In this document: piece after piece, positions 19,294 to 29,066 of the stretch
Layout: each line of letters begins with the position of its first letter
Position numbering within the stretch: position 1 is the stretch's first letter
DNA from: Candidatus Bathyarchaeota archaeon
GTDB lineage: Archaea > Thermoproteota > Bathyarchaeia > Bathyarchaeales > Bathycorpusculaceae
Direction: 5' to 3'
Length of the DNA: 37,712 nucleotides
Assembly: GCA_030589055.1 (NCBI GenBank)
Contig: JAUUWK010000001.1
Coordinates: 1 to 37,712 of the forward strand
Made by a program: the position numbers and the translations under genes
The notes under the pieces: generated by a model
Told to the model about the DNA's origin: nothing
The model's database searches: none
Seen by the model: the letters and a program-made list of their open reading frames with translations, nothing else

Positions 19294-20460
19294 ATGTTTG
19301 GCAAAAAAAGAGTTGCAATTGTTGGAGCTGGCTTGACCCTATTCCGAAGACGCTTAAAAGAAACAGGTAAAGAACTGTCTTATGAAGCGTCAAAAATGGC
19401 TCTCGATGCTGCTGGAATGGAATTGCGAGATATGCAAAGCGTTGTATTGGGAACGGCGCCAGATGCTTTCGACGGAGTTCACATGAAAGGCGAATATTTA
19501 GCAGATGGGGCAGGAGCATACCGAAAACCATACACAAGGGTTTTCGTTGGTGGCGGAACAGGAGTTTTTACACCTCTGGCGGGTTGGTGGCACGTAGCCT
19601 CTGGACAGTTCGACTCATGCTTGGTTGTCGCTGAAGAGAAGATGTCCTCTTGTTATCCGCATCCTCAATATGCTTTCACAACGATATTCGACCCGATCCT
19701 CGAGCGACCGCTTGGCATGAACTTAATCTGGATATTTGCCTTGGAAATGCATCGTTACATGCACAAACACGGCATCAAGAAGGAAGATATAGCCCGAGTT
19801 TCCGTTAAAAACAAGGGAAATGCTCTAGATCATCCGTGTGCCCAATTAGGCGCAAAAATAACTGTTGAAGATGTTTTAAACTCTGAGGTTATGGCTTGGC
19901 CGGTTCAACGCTTGGATGTGAGTCCAACGAGTGACGGTGGTGCTGCGCTGGTTTTGGTTTCGGAGGATGTTGCCAAAGAGATTACTGATGACCCTGTTTG
20001 GATTGATGGTGCTGGCTGGTGCATTGACTCTACGCTTTGGACGAATCGTGACCTTTATTATCCGGATTATGTGGAGTGTGCAGCTCGTATGGCGTACAAG
20101 ATGGCTGGAATCAAAAATCCGCCGAAGGAGATCGACCTAGCTGAACCCTACGACCCATTTGACTATAAGGAACTTCATCACATGGAAGGGCTACTGCTGT
20201 GCAAGAAAGGGGAAGCACCAAAACTGACAGCGGAAGGCGTAACACAAAGGGACGGTGACTTACCGATAAATCCGTCTGGTGGACTGTTAGGCGTTGGCAA
20301 TCCAATAGCAGCGGCAGGCTTGATGAAAGTGTGTGAAATCTTTTGGCAGTTACGCGGCGAAGCAGGGAAGAGGCAGATTCCAGGCGATCCAAGAACCGGT
20401 TTGGCTCAAGCGTGGGGCGATCTGATGCAGTATGGCTCAGTGATTGTGTTGAGACGTTAA
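19294..20460 (+). CDS. Thiolase-fold protein, Ltp3/Ltp2-like putative aldolase
   Basis: FVGGGTG at the Cys position, EPYDPF, GNPIAAAG. GAGGTG RBS favours ATG at 19294. Confidence 0.85.
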   Translation: MFGKKRVAIVGAGLTLFRRRLKETGKELSYEASKMALDAAGMELRDMQSVVLGTAPDAFDGVHMKGEYLADGAGAYRKPYTRVFVGGGTGVFTPLAGWWHVASGQFDSCLVVAEEKMSSCYPHPQYAFTTIFDPILERPLGMNLIWIFALEMHRYMHKHGIKKEDIARVSVKNKGNALDHPCAQLGAKITVEDVLNSEVMAWPVQRLDVSPTSDGGAALVLVSEDVAKEITDDPVWIDGAGWCIDSTLWTNRDLYYPDYVECAARMAYKMAGIKNPPKEIDLAEPYDPFDYKELHHMEGLLLCKKGEAPKLTAEGVTQRDGDLPINPSGGLLGVGNPIAAAGLMKVCEIFWQLRGEAGKRQIPGDPRTGLAQAWGDLMQYGSVIVLRR

Positions 20461-20475
20461 AGGAGGAGATGAAAC

Positions 20476-20997
20476 ATGAGTGAGAAGATTAAGGATTATC
20501 GGGGTGAAGCCTTAAAATCTGCAGACTTTAAAGAAGGGAGGGTTCCAACTGAGAAGTGTAGGCCGAAGGCCAAGTTCGCGTGGAGTGCAGGCATAGCCAT
20601 AGGCAGATTTCTTGAGGAGTTAAAGAAGGGAAAGATAATAGCATCAACATGTAGTAAGTGTGGACGCATTATGGTTCCGCCGAGGATATACTGTGAAAAC
20701 TGCTTTAAACCGACGGATGGCTGGAAATACGTGAAGGACACGGGGACAATAAACACTTATTCGGTTTCCTACTTAGCTGCAGACGCAAGCAGATTGAAAG
20801 AACCGATACTTGTTGCGATCATAGATTTGGACGGAGCCTCGAAAAACATGGGCTTAATCCATAAGCTTGGCGAAGTAGACAAAGATGAGATAAAATTCGG
20901 GATGAAAGTCAAAGCCGTATGGAAACCGAAGGAAGAACGAGTTGGCGCAATCACAGACATTAAATACTTCAAGCCAATAAAGGAGGCGACACCATGA
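20476..20997 (+). CDS. DUF35 Zn-ribbon/OB-fold protein
   Basis: CSKCG...PPRIYCENC plus OB fold. Confidence 0.92.
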   Translation: MSEKIKDYRGEALKSADFKEGRVPTEKCRPKAKFAWSAGIAIGRFLEELKKGKIIASTCSKCGRIMVPPRIYCENCFKPTDGWKYVKDTGTINTYSVSYLAADASRLKEPILVAIIDLDGASKNMGLIHKLGEVDKDEIKFGMKVKAVWKPKEERVGAITDIKYFKPIKEATP

Positions 20998-21467
20998 GCC
21001 TAGATAAAATAACAAACCCACTCCATATTCGCCACTGGCTGGGGGACATGGAAGCAGACTACATCTACACGTTAGGCATTGCTGGAGAACACTTCTTCAA
21101 GGAGATAAAGGAAAACGGAAGAATAATGGGTGCAAAATGTCCACGCTGCAACGTTGTCATTGTTCCACCGAGGATGTACTGTGAAAAATGCTTTGCAAAA
21201 CTTGAGGAATGGGTTGACGTAGGCACAAAAGGCACAATCCACACGTTCACGGTTGCCACAATAGATGTCGACGGTAAAAAACTGAAGGAGCCAGTGATAT
21301 TTGCATTGGTAAAGTTTGAGAGAGGTTGCGGCGGACTAATCCACAAGATAGGCGAAACGAAGACGAAGGAAGTGAAGATTGGCATGAACGTCGAGGCAGT
21401 CTTTAAGCCATCATTTGAAAGGAAAGCCTCCATAAACGACATAAAATACTTCAAACCAACTGAATAA
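20994..21467 (+). CDS. DUF35 Zn-ribbon/OB-fold protein (paralogue of preceding gene)
   Basis: CPRC...PPRMYCEKC; both end DIKYFKP. Confidence 0.92.
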   Translation: MSLDKITNPLHIRHWLGDMEADYIYTLGIAGEHFFKEIKENGRIMGAKCPRCNVVIVPPRMYCEKCFAKLEEWVDVGTKGTIHTFTVATIDVDGKKLKEPVIFALVKFERGCGGLIHKIGETKTKEVKIGMNVEAVFKPSFERKASINDIKYFKPTE

Positions 21468-21545
21468 CCCCAACTCCACCCCATTTTTTCCAACACTTAT
21501 TGAAGTGTTCTATAACTCAAATAGGATGAAAATTTAGTCTAATCT

Positions 21546-21707
21546 ATGGTGGTTATGTTCAAACAGTTCTTTTGCAGAATCTTGATAGTGTTTCTTGTTG
21601 CCTTCGTGTTGATTTCTCTGATGTTTGCACAAACAGAATGTCCTAGTAGCCGGAACGAAAAGGTCTCTTGTAGTCCTGAGAAAATGCTATGGTGCAACAT
21701 GTTAGAA
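21546..21707 (+). pseudogene. Possible 5' remnant of a secreted or membrane protein
   Basis: Signal-peptide-like MFKQFFCRILIVFLVAFVLISLMFAQ running into the GC tract. Confidence 0.45.
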
Positions 21708-21717
21708 GCGCGCGCGC
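21699..21717 (+). repeat. ATGTTAGAAGCGCGCGCGC, 18/19 identical to 30728-30746
   Basis: Direct comparison. Confidence 0.9.
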
Positions 21718-22082
21718 ACATCTGGACAAAGAACTTCCGAAACTCGGAGTTGAATACACATCTCTATCCATCAAGAAACTGCTTGGAAAAAACGCTGAAA
21801 CCATAGTGAAAGCCGCTAAAAAAATGGGCAATCCATACAGGCAGCGAAAAAATACTCAGCATGATGACCAAGCACTACAAAATTCCATATGAAAAACTCA
21901 AAGAATCGTATGAAGTGCTCGATGAATACGGCAACTTATCTGGAGCAAGCCTACCTTTCATCCTTGAAAAAATAGTTAGAGAAAATAATTTTTCCGATGG
22001 CGATATCATTTTGATGCTTGGTTTCGGATGGGGATTTTCAGCCTCTGCTTGCATGCTAAAATTTAAGAAACAACAGAAATGA
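21718..22082 (+). pseudogene. 3' remnant of a type III polyketide synthase / FabH-like gene
   Basis: HLDKELP, frameshift in the A7 run at 21818-21824, then WAIHTGS..IL, YGNLSGASLPFIL, GFGWG. Catalytic Cys half absent. Confidence 0.85.
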
Positions 22083-22172
22083 AGCGATAGGTTTAAACCG
22101 ATAAGAAAATAACTCTTAGCTTCAAAGGGATATTCAAGTTAGAAACCAGATTTGTTAAGGAGCAAAAGCTAG

Positions 22173-23852
22173 ATGTCTGACAAAGAAAAAATTAATCAAA
22201 TAACAAGGGAACGGGAACGCTGGGAAAATACAACCCTACCCAAGTGGATGGGACAACGCCCTGAAAGAAAAAGCGAATTCCGAAACCATTCGGACACGTT
22301 GATAAAACGTGTCTACACACCAGAGGACATCAAAGACCTAGATTACATGCGAGACCTTGGTTTACCAGGCGAATACCCCTTCACCCGCGGAGTACATGCA
22401 ACCATGTACAGAGGCAGACTATGGACCATGCGGCAATTTTCAGGATACGGCACAGCAGAACAAACAAACCAGCGATTCAAATACCTGCTAAAAGAAGGAG
22501 AAACAGGACTAAGCATAGCCTTTGACTACCCAACAATTAGGGGTTACGATTCAGACAATCCATTCTCTCAAGGTGAAGTCGGCACATGCGGAGTAGCAGT
22601 CGCATCATTAAAGGACATGGAAGTTCTCTTTGACGGCATACCCCTCGACAAAGTCACAACCTCCATGACTGTTAATGGTCCAGCAGCAATGTTGCTTGCT
22701 ATGTACATAGCAGTGGGAGACAAGCAAGGAGTATCCAGAGAAAAGCTCGGAGGCACAACACAAAACGATGTTCTTAAAGAATTCTTCGCTCAGAAACTAA
22801 TCATATTTCCGCCGAAGCCCTCGATAAAACTTGTAACAGACATAGTAGAATACTGCACAAAACACATGCCCAGATGGAATCCCATAAGCATAAGCGGATA
22901 CCACATACGAGAAGCTGGGTCAAACGCCGTTCAAGAACTGGCTTTCACGCTTTATGATGGAATAACCTATGTGGAGTCATGCCTTGAAAGAGGAATGAAA
23001 GTTGACGAATTTGCCCCCCGCTTATCATTCTTCTTTGCATCCCACAACAACTTGTTTGAAGAGGTAGCCAAGTTCAGAGCAGCTCGTAGAATATGGGCAA
23101 AAGTAATGAAGGAACGCTTCCACGCTAAAAACTCAAGGTCCATGTGGATGCGTATGCATGTCCAAACTTCAGGATGCACCCTCACAGCACAACAGCCACT
23201 GAACAACATCACACGAACCACAATCCAGGCTTTAGCAGCAGTCTTGGGTGGAACCCAATCGTTACACACAAACTCCTTTGACGAAGCCTTATGCTTGCCA
23301 ACCGAAGACGCCGTCAAGGTCGCATTAAGAACCCAGCAGATAATAGCTCACGAAAGCGGATCAGCTGACACGATAGATCCCCTAGCAGGCTGCTACTACA
23401 TCGAATGCTTAACGAACGAAATGGAAGGACAAGCGATGGATTATATCCAAAGAATTGACGATATGGGCGGAGCCACTGTAGCCATAGAAAGAGGGTTCTT
23501 CCAAAAAGAAATTGCTGACAGCGCCTATAAATACCAGGGGGAAACAGATGAGAAAAAACGAATCATAGTGGGCGTAAACGAATACACAACTGGGGAGGAT
23601 GCAGCAATACCGATTTTAAGGATTGACCCAAAGGTTGAAGAGAAACAGGTTGCAGGGCTGCAAAAACTGAGAAGAGAAAGAGACAATAGAAAAGTGGATG
23701 AAGTGCTTGAAGAACTCCACTACGCCGCGGAAAAGGATGAAAACCTCATGCCAGTAATTATTGAAGCCGTAAAAGCTTACGCAACAATAGGCGAAATGTG
23801 CGGCGTATTACGGAAAATTTACGGAGAATATAAAGAACTGATAGTAATCTAG
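22173..23852 (+). CDS. B12-dependent acyl-CoA mutase large subunit (isobutyryl-CoA-mutase-like)
   Basis: [41 protein letters not shown]; Phe89 and Gln207. Confidence 0.93.
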   Translation: MSDKEKINQITRERERWENTTLPKWMGQRPERKSEFRNHSDTLIKRVYTPEDIKDLDYMRDLGLPGEYPFTRGVHATMYRGRLWTMRQFSGYGTAEQTNQRFKYLLKEGETGLSIAFDYPTIRGYDSDNPFSQGEVGTCGVAVASLKDMEVLFDGIPLDKVTTSMTVNGPAAMLLAMYIAVGDKQGVSREKLGGTTQNDVLKEFFAQKLIIFPPKPSIKLVTDIVEYCTKHMPRWNPISISGYHIREAGSNAVQELAFTLYDGITYVESCLERGMKVDEFAPRLSFFFASHNNLFEEVAKFRAARRIWAKVMKERFHAKNSRSMWMRMHVQTSGCTLTAQQPLNNITRTTIQALAAVLGGTQSLHTNSFDEALCLPTEDAVKVALRTQQIIAHESGSADTIDPLAGCYYIECLTNEMEGQAMDYIQRIDDMGGATVAIERGFFQKEIADSAYKYQGETDEKKRIIVGVNEYTTGEDAAIPILRIDPKVEEKQVAGLQKLRRERDNRKVDEVLEELHYAAEKDENLMPVIIEAVKAYATIGEMCGVLRKIYGEYKELIVI

Positions 23853-23866
23853 AGGAGGGAAAACAC

Positions 23867-24274
23867 ATGCAGAGCGAAAGAAAAATCAGAATTTTGATCG
23901 CCAAGCCAGGTCTTGATAGTCACGACAGAGGAGCAAAGATTGTGGCTAGAGCCCTAAGGGACGCTGGAATGGAAGTAATCTACACCGGTTTGAGGCAGAC
24001 TCCAGAGCAGATAGTTGAAACCGCCCTTCAAGAAGATGTGGACATCATAGGCTTAAGCATACTTTCGGGAGCCCACAAGGTTCTTTTCCCACGAATAATG
24101 GAACTTGTAGAACAGAAGGGCTTGACAGATGTAATGGTCTTCGCTGGAGGCATAATCCCAGAAGAAGATGTCCCAGAAATGAAGAAACTCGGAATAAAAG
24201 AGATTTTTGGACCAGGAACCCCAACAGAGAAAATAGTTCAGTTTGTATTTGAAAATCTTCCAGAAAGAACCTGA
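23867..24274 (+). CDS. Acyl-CoA mutase small cobalamin-binding subunit
   Basis: GLDSHDRG (DxHxxG), [14 protein letters not shown]. Confidence 0.95.
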   Translation: MQSERKIRILIAKPGLDSHDRGAKIVARALRDAGMEVIYTGLRQTPEQIVETALQEDVDIIGLSILSGAHKVLFPRIMELVEQKGLTDVMVFAGGIIPEEDVPEMKKLGIKEIFGPGTPTEKIVQFVFENLPERT

Positions 24275-24287
24275 ACCGTGAAGATGT

Positions 24288-25268
24288 GTGAAGCCGTTGC
24301 TACCAGTCGGAGAAATAGCCAAGGGCGTGTTAGCCGGAGACCGCAGAAGCGTAGCGAAAGCGATAACAATCATTGAAAACAACGCCTCTAAAGCACAAGA
24401 ACTAATCGCCTCGATTTACCCTCACACCGGAAAAGCCCACATAATAGGAATAACTGGCCCTCCCGGCTCTGGAAAGAGCACTCTCATAGGGAAGATCATA
24501 CGCGAGTACAGGCGGAAAGGCAAAACGGTGGGTGTTATAGCTGTGGATCCCACAAGCCCATTCACAGGAGGCGCATTCTTGGGCGACAGAATTCGCATGC
24601 AAGAGCTAAGCACAGATCAAGGAGTCTTTATACGTAGCATGGCAACCCGTAACTATCTTGGGGGAATAGCCAGAGCAACAAAAGGCGCCGTGAAAGTCTT
24701 AGACGCCGCAGGTAAAGACACAGTCATCGTGGAAACTGTTGGTGCTGGGCAGTCCGAGGTCGAAATAATTAAAATAGGGCAAACAATAGTCGTTGTATGT
24801 GCACCCGGGTTAGGAGATGAAATACAAGCAATAAAAGCTGGAATAATGGAGATAGGCGACATCTTCGTCGTAAACAAGGCTGACCGTGAAGACGCCAACA
24901 AAGCCGTAATGGACATCCAAGCAATGCTGCAACTAAACAATAAGGAAAAGAAGTGGAGGCCGACGGTTCTAAAGACTACAGCTCTCACAGGTGAAGGTGT
25001 CTCGCAACTTATTGAAAAAATAGAAGAGCATAAACTCTTCTTAGAACAGGAGTTAGAACGTAACACAAGCCGAGGAAAGGCTGAATCCGAACTGGCAGAA
25101 GCCATAAAAGAGAAAGTAGCAAATTCAATAATAGAAGAATTGAAAAGCGAAGGGAAGTTCGAAGAGTTTCTGCAAAAAATTCTGGAAAAGAAGATGGATC
25201 CTGCTTCCGTAGCTGAGAAACTCTTAAACGAGAAATTTAGAAAGCAAGTTCAGAAGTGTCAAAACTGA
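24288..25268 (+). CDS. meaB: Mutase-associated GTPase metallochaperone MeaB
   Basis: GPPGSGKST, AVDPTSP..GGAFLGDRIRM, ETVGAGQSE, NKAD. Confidence 0.95.
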   Translation: MKPLLPVGEIAKGVLAGDRRSVAKAITIIENNASKAQELIASIYPHTGKAHIIGITGPPGSGKSTLIGKIIREYRRKGKTVGVIAVDPTSPFTGGAFLGDRIRMQELSTDQGVFIRSMATRNYLGGIARATKGAVKVLDAAGKDTVIVETVGAGQSEVEIIKIGQTIVVVCAPGLGDEIQAIKAGIMEIGDIFVVNKADREDANKAVMDIQAMLQLNNKEKKWRPTVLKTTALTGEGVSQLIEKIEEHKLFLEQELERNTSRGKAESELAEAIKEKVANSIIEELKSEGKFEEFLQKILEKKMDPASVAEKLLNEKFRKQVQKCQN

Positions 25269-25798
25269 TGTCTAAACTGGAAAAGGGGCTTGTTCAAGTT
25301 TACACTGGGAATGGAAAAGGCAAAACTTCAGCGGCTTTTGGGCTTGCCTTGAGGGCTATTGGTAGAGGATTGAAGGTTCATGTAATTCAGTTTATCAAAG
25401 GCGGTTTTGACTACGGCGAACTCTACATAGTGGACAAGCTTCCAAACATCAAACTGAAAGCCTTCGGTAGAGGTAAGTTCGTGACACAAAGGCCTCCGGG
25501 AAAAGAGGATGTTGAACTTGCACACGAAGCCTTCGCTTTAGCTGAGGAAGTAGTCAAAAGCGGCGAATATGACATCGTCATTCTAGACGAGGTTAATGTG
25601 GCGCTAAACTTGAAACTGATAAGTCTTGAAGAAGTTCTGGAATTAATAAAGGACAAGCCAAAACACGTTGAACTCGTGCTAACTGGACGTCATGCACCCG
25701 AGGAAATAATTAAAGCAGCTGATTTAGTTACAGAAATGAGAGAGGTTAAACATCCATTCAACAAAGGTTTTTCAGCCAGAAAAGGAATAGAATATTAG
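25256..25798 (+). CDS. cobA: ATP:corrinoid adenosyltransferase (CobA/CobO/BtuR)
   Basis: YTGNGKGKT, QFIKG, ILDE, LTGR, KHPF..G..ARKGIEY. Confidence 0.95.
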   Translation: MSKLMSKLEKGLVQVYTGNGKGKTSAAFGLALRAIGRGLKVHVIQFIKGGFDYGELYIVDKLPNIKLKAFGRGKFVTQRPPGKEDVELAHEAFALAEEVVKSGEYDIVILDEVNVALNLKLISLEEVLELIKDKPKHVELVLTGRHAPEEIIKAADLVTEMREVKHPFNKGFSARKGIEY

Positions 25799-25838
25799 CA
25801 TAACTCTTAACGAGCCCCCTTTCTACGAATTCTCAAAG

Positions 25839-26206
25839 CTATTTTACATAAGACTCATTTATGCAAACTCTTGCTCCTTCAGTGTTTAGGCTTGCTTCTA
25901 GCCACGTCGGTAAAAGCAAGTTAGGCGTGGAATGACCGAAATCCATACCTGCGATAATTGGAAACTCAAATTTGTCGGTTATATCCAAAACGACTTTTTC
26001 AACCTCGCTGGTCATATCTTTTATAGCATTAGCTTCCTCGCCTCTAATGTTACCGATCAACATGCCCTCCGTTTTGTCAAATAAGCCATTTTCTCTGAAA
26101 TGAACCAACAGTTGGTCAATCTCTTCCAATGGGTGCCTTGAGGTAGCCTTTTTAAGAAAATAATATCCTTATCCAACTTTGGAAAATACGGTGTCGCAAG
26201 CAAAGA
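25839..26206 (-). pseudogene. 3' remnant of an S66 LD-carboxypeptidase-like gene
   Basis: SLLATPYFPKLDKDIIFL, a frame break, then EEIDQLL...DFGHSTPNLLLP. 5' half lost. Confidence 0.8.
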
Positions 26207-26214
26207 GCGAGCGC

Positions 26215-26459
26215 TCTTGAAACTGTTTTTTGAGACAGCAGACATGCTTTTGCTGGACCAAGATTTTTTTGTGCAAAAGGGCTATGGATGGATGCTGAAG
26301 GAAGCAGGCGATCGATATTCAGTAGAGGTCTTTCGCTATGTAATGAAAGACAAGGAAGAAATGCCAAGAGTAGCATTAAGATACGCAATTGAGAAGCTGT
26401 CACCGGAATTAAAGAAAAAAGCTATGGCAAAAGAATCTTGGAGGGGAAGCACACGTTAG
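26215..26459 (+). pseudogene. 3' remnant of an AlkD-like DNA alkylation repair gene
   Basis: DQDFFVQKGYGWMLKEAG...MPRVALRYAIEKL C-terminal motifs only. Confidence 0.8.
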
Positions 26460-26585
26460 AAAAATCAGTGGGTAGCTTTCTGATAATAACAGTGAAAGTT
26501 TTCTGTTTGAGATTTCTCAAAGGGCTTCGATGAACTCTATCTTAGCGTGTTCATTTTGCTCGAAATCTTTAGCTTTTCAGTAGTT

Positions 26586-27662
26586 CTATTGTGTAACAGA
26601 GTGATACCAACTGATTATATACTCTGGTAGCTTCAGTCCCTTTTCAGCCAATCTTTCAGCTAATTTGACTGGCAAAGGGCTTAGAACGTATGCTGCTCTC
26701 ATGTAGAACCTTCTAGGTTGGCCTGGCTTGACTTCTTCTTCTAGCGTTATATGAAAGTCTGCCTTCTCGGCTAAAGTTGACTTCTTCGTTCCCGTGATTG
26801 CTAAGACAGTTCCGTTCAGCTTTTTGAAGACGTCACGCCAGATGATAACAGGTTTAGTTTCTCCCGAAAATGACACCAAAATCTCTAGATCTCCGGCTCT
26901 CGGATGCGGAGTGTTCACGCCTCTGGCTATATAGACGTTGTCTCCCAACAAATTTTTGATGTGAAAAAGTCTTACACCAGCCATTTTGACAATTTCGTTT
27001 GCTGTGCCCTTCCCACCTAGAAACACGCTAGTCCGTCTTTCCAGTATATCAACGATGTGAGCGTAGGTTTCTGACTCCACGCTCAAGTCAATTATGGGTC
27101 CCAGCTTAGTAAACTCTTCCTCACAGAGTTGAAACACTCCATCTGCCTCAAGATTCCGGAAGATTGCTTCAGTCATCATACACAAAAGAAGCAGGCTCTC
27201 CAGCTCAAAGATGTCACCCATGATGCCTGTCTCGCTGTATTCGAAGGAAGGCTTTAGTCTTCCTCGTCCTTTCAGCCTAACTACATGACCATGTTCTTGG
27301 ACTATCTTTGCTAGCGGAGAGTTTACGTTAGAGGTTAGGAGTCCCATAGAAAACTTTGAAGTTTTTTTGTCTTCGACATACCGTGCCAAATCTTGTGCCA
27401 TCGCTAGAGGATCATCAGAGAAGCCACTACCCGAGTTTATAAGGAGCAGAGTCTTTTTGTATCGTCTTTCCAGCTCGGTTGCTGCATCGTACATGTTCTT
27501 CCCGGGAAAGCCGGGGTCGTCCGGGGTCAACACAACCTTGTTTCTCCAACCTATCTGGCTCACAGCGATTTGACTCATCGCAGCGTTCAAAGAGAACAAT
27601 GACCTGCCTGATCCTCCGCAGACTACACAGTTTGCTGACTTCAGGTCTTCGTACAATGGCAA
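26586..27662 (-). CDS. Tandem SIS-domain protein (hexulose-6-phosphate isomerase-like)
   Basis: GGSGRS, INSGSG, TSNVNSPLA; second copy GGKG, VSFSGET, ITGTKKSTLA. Frame open upstream to 27752. Confidence 0.8.
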   Translation of the reverse strand: MPLYEDLKSANCVVCGGSGRSLFSLNAAMSQIAVSQIGWRNKVVLTPDDPGFPGKNMYDAATELERRYKKTLLLINSGSGFSDDPLAMAQDLARYVEDKKTSKFSMGLLTSNVNSPLAKIVQEHGHVVRLKGRGRLKPSFEYSETGIMGDIFELESLLLLCMMTEAIFRNLEADGVFQLCEEEFTKLGPIIDLSVESETYAHIVDILERRTSVFLGGKGTANEIVKMAGVRLFHIKNLLGDNVYIARGVNTPHPRAGDLEILVSFSGETKPVIIWRDVFKKLNGTVLAITGTKKSTLAEKADFHITLEEEVKPGQPRRFYMRAAYVLSPLPVKLAERLAEKGLKLPEYIISWYHSVTQ

Positions 27663-28021
27663 CAGTTTCCTTCTTTTTATGTTGAAAAGGTTATCTCTAA
27701 TCCTGTTAATGTACCCTACACGACTGATCTTGCTCCTAATTTCACTTACACCTCATTTAAGGATGAAGGTTAACCATTCTATATTTGCTTTGCGCGTGGA
27801 TTTTTCGGAGACTCGCGCGCTTACATTAGCTTCCGATTTTTCAAGTTATCTGTCACACATTACCTTTTCTCAATTGGGGTTCGCTTTTAAACCTTATGAC
27901 TCTCACAGCGCACAGAAGTCATCCTGATTCTGATGTGGAATCCGAGTCTGAATCCACGATTCATAACCTATAGATAAGTAGCGCAACAAAGGGTCACTAC
28001 AAGATTTGTTTGGTGTTTCTG

Positions 28022-28630
28022 ATGTCACTGAAGCTGAAGAAAATCATGGTAAAGAATGTCGTAACTGTGAACGCCAATGTTACTGTAAAGAAGGCGACTG
28101 AGATTATGAACAAACATGAAATTGGCTGTCTGGTTGTTGTTAGCGGTGGGAAACCTATAGGCATCGTGACTGAGAGAGACATGCTAAAAAGAATTATACA
28201 TGAGTTGAGGGAACCTGAAAAGACGAAGGTTATTGATATAATGTCAAAACCTTTGATTACAGCAGCGTCTAAAATGCGTGCAGGGGACGCTGCTAAACTT
28301 ATGTTTGAGCAAAAGATAAAGAAACTTCCAGTGGTTGAAAATGGAAGACTCGTTGGTTTGGTTACTTTAACGGATCTCATTCGTTCTCAAGAGGTGCTTA
28401 GTTTTCTAAACGGTTTCTCTACGAATGATGCACCCAGGCGCATGAAGAAGGTGGTCAACTTGTATTTTGACAGTGCAAAGCGCCATAGACGGAGATGTCC
28501 ACTCATAATGAAAGATGGCTTTTCAATGGGTTGTCAAGAAAAAAAGTGCATGTGGTGGCTTGGAGACGAATGCGCGATCACTAAGCTTTCTCGCCAAGTG
28601 CCCAACATGACAAGTGCGGTTCAAACATAA
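28022..28630 (+). CDS. CBS-pair protein with C-terminal four-Cys motif
   Basis: Two CBS domains (GIVTERD, LPVVENGRLVGLVT) followed by CP..C..C..C. Confidence 0.88.
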   Translation: MSLKLKKIMVKNVVTVNANVTVKKATEIMNKHEIGCLVVVSGGKPIGIVTERDMLKRIIHELREPEKTKVIDIMSKPLITAASKMRAGDAAKLMFEQKIKKLPVVENGRLVGLVTLTDLIRSQEVLSFLNGFSTNDAPRRMKKVVNLYFDSAKRHRRRCPLIMKDGFSMGCQEKKCMWWLGDECAITKLSRQVPNMTSAVQT

Positions 28631-28847
28631 TTTTCTCTTACTAAATGGTGTAGCTACATTGAACTCTGCAAAGAAATGAGGCAAAAGGAGAATAGCCTGC
28701 AGCAATCGCCTGCTTTGAAAATAGTACAGAATTGAAGTAAGTATTCTAAATCTAGAAGACGAGTAATCTATTCTGATTTTTCATAAGCTATAAATAGTGA
28801 AAAGGCTAAATCTACTTTTGCCGATTAGGGTTTAGGATGTTGATAAA

Positions 28848-29066
28848 ATGGTGAGTGAAGGTAGAGGGCGTTTGTTTCGTAGAAAGGATGGCAAGTACTT
28901 GATTTATTTGCCAGAGTACTTGGCTGAAGATAGCATGTTCCCGTTCAAAGATTTTGGCAGAGGCAGGAGAGGTGCAAGCGGTTCCATAGACGTAAAAGTG
29001 AGTTTCAAACCTGGCGGAGACGACAAGCTACTTATAGAAAAGTGGAAAGCACCAGAAAACCAGTAA
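28848..29066 (+). CDS. Small hypothetical protein, possibly AbrB-like
   Basis: 72-aa ORF with GKYLIYLP after a TATA-like region. Confidence 0.6.
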   Translation: MVSEGRGRLFRRKDGKYLIYLPEYLAEDSMFPFKDFGRGRRGASGSIDVKVSFKPGGDDKLLIEKWKAPENQ

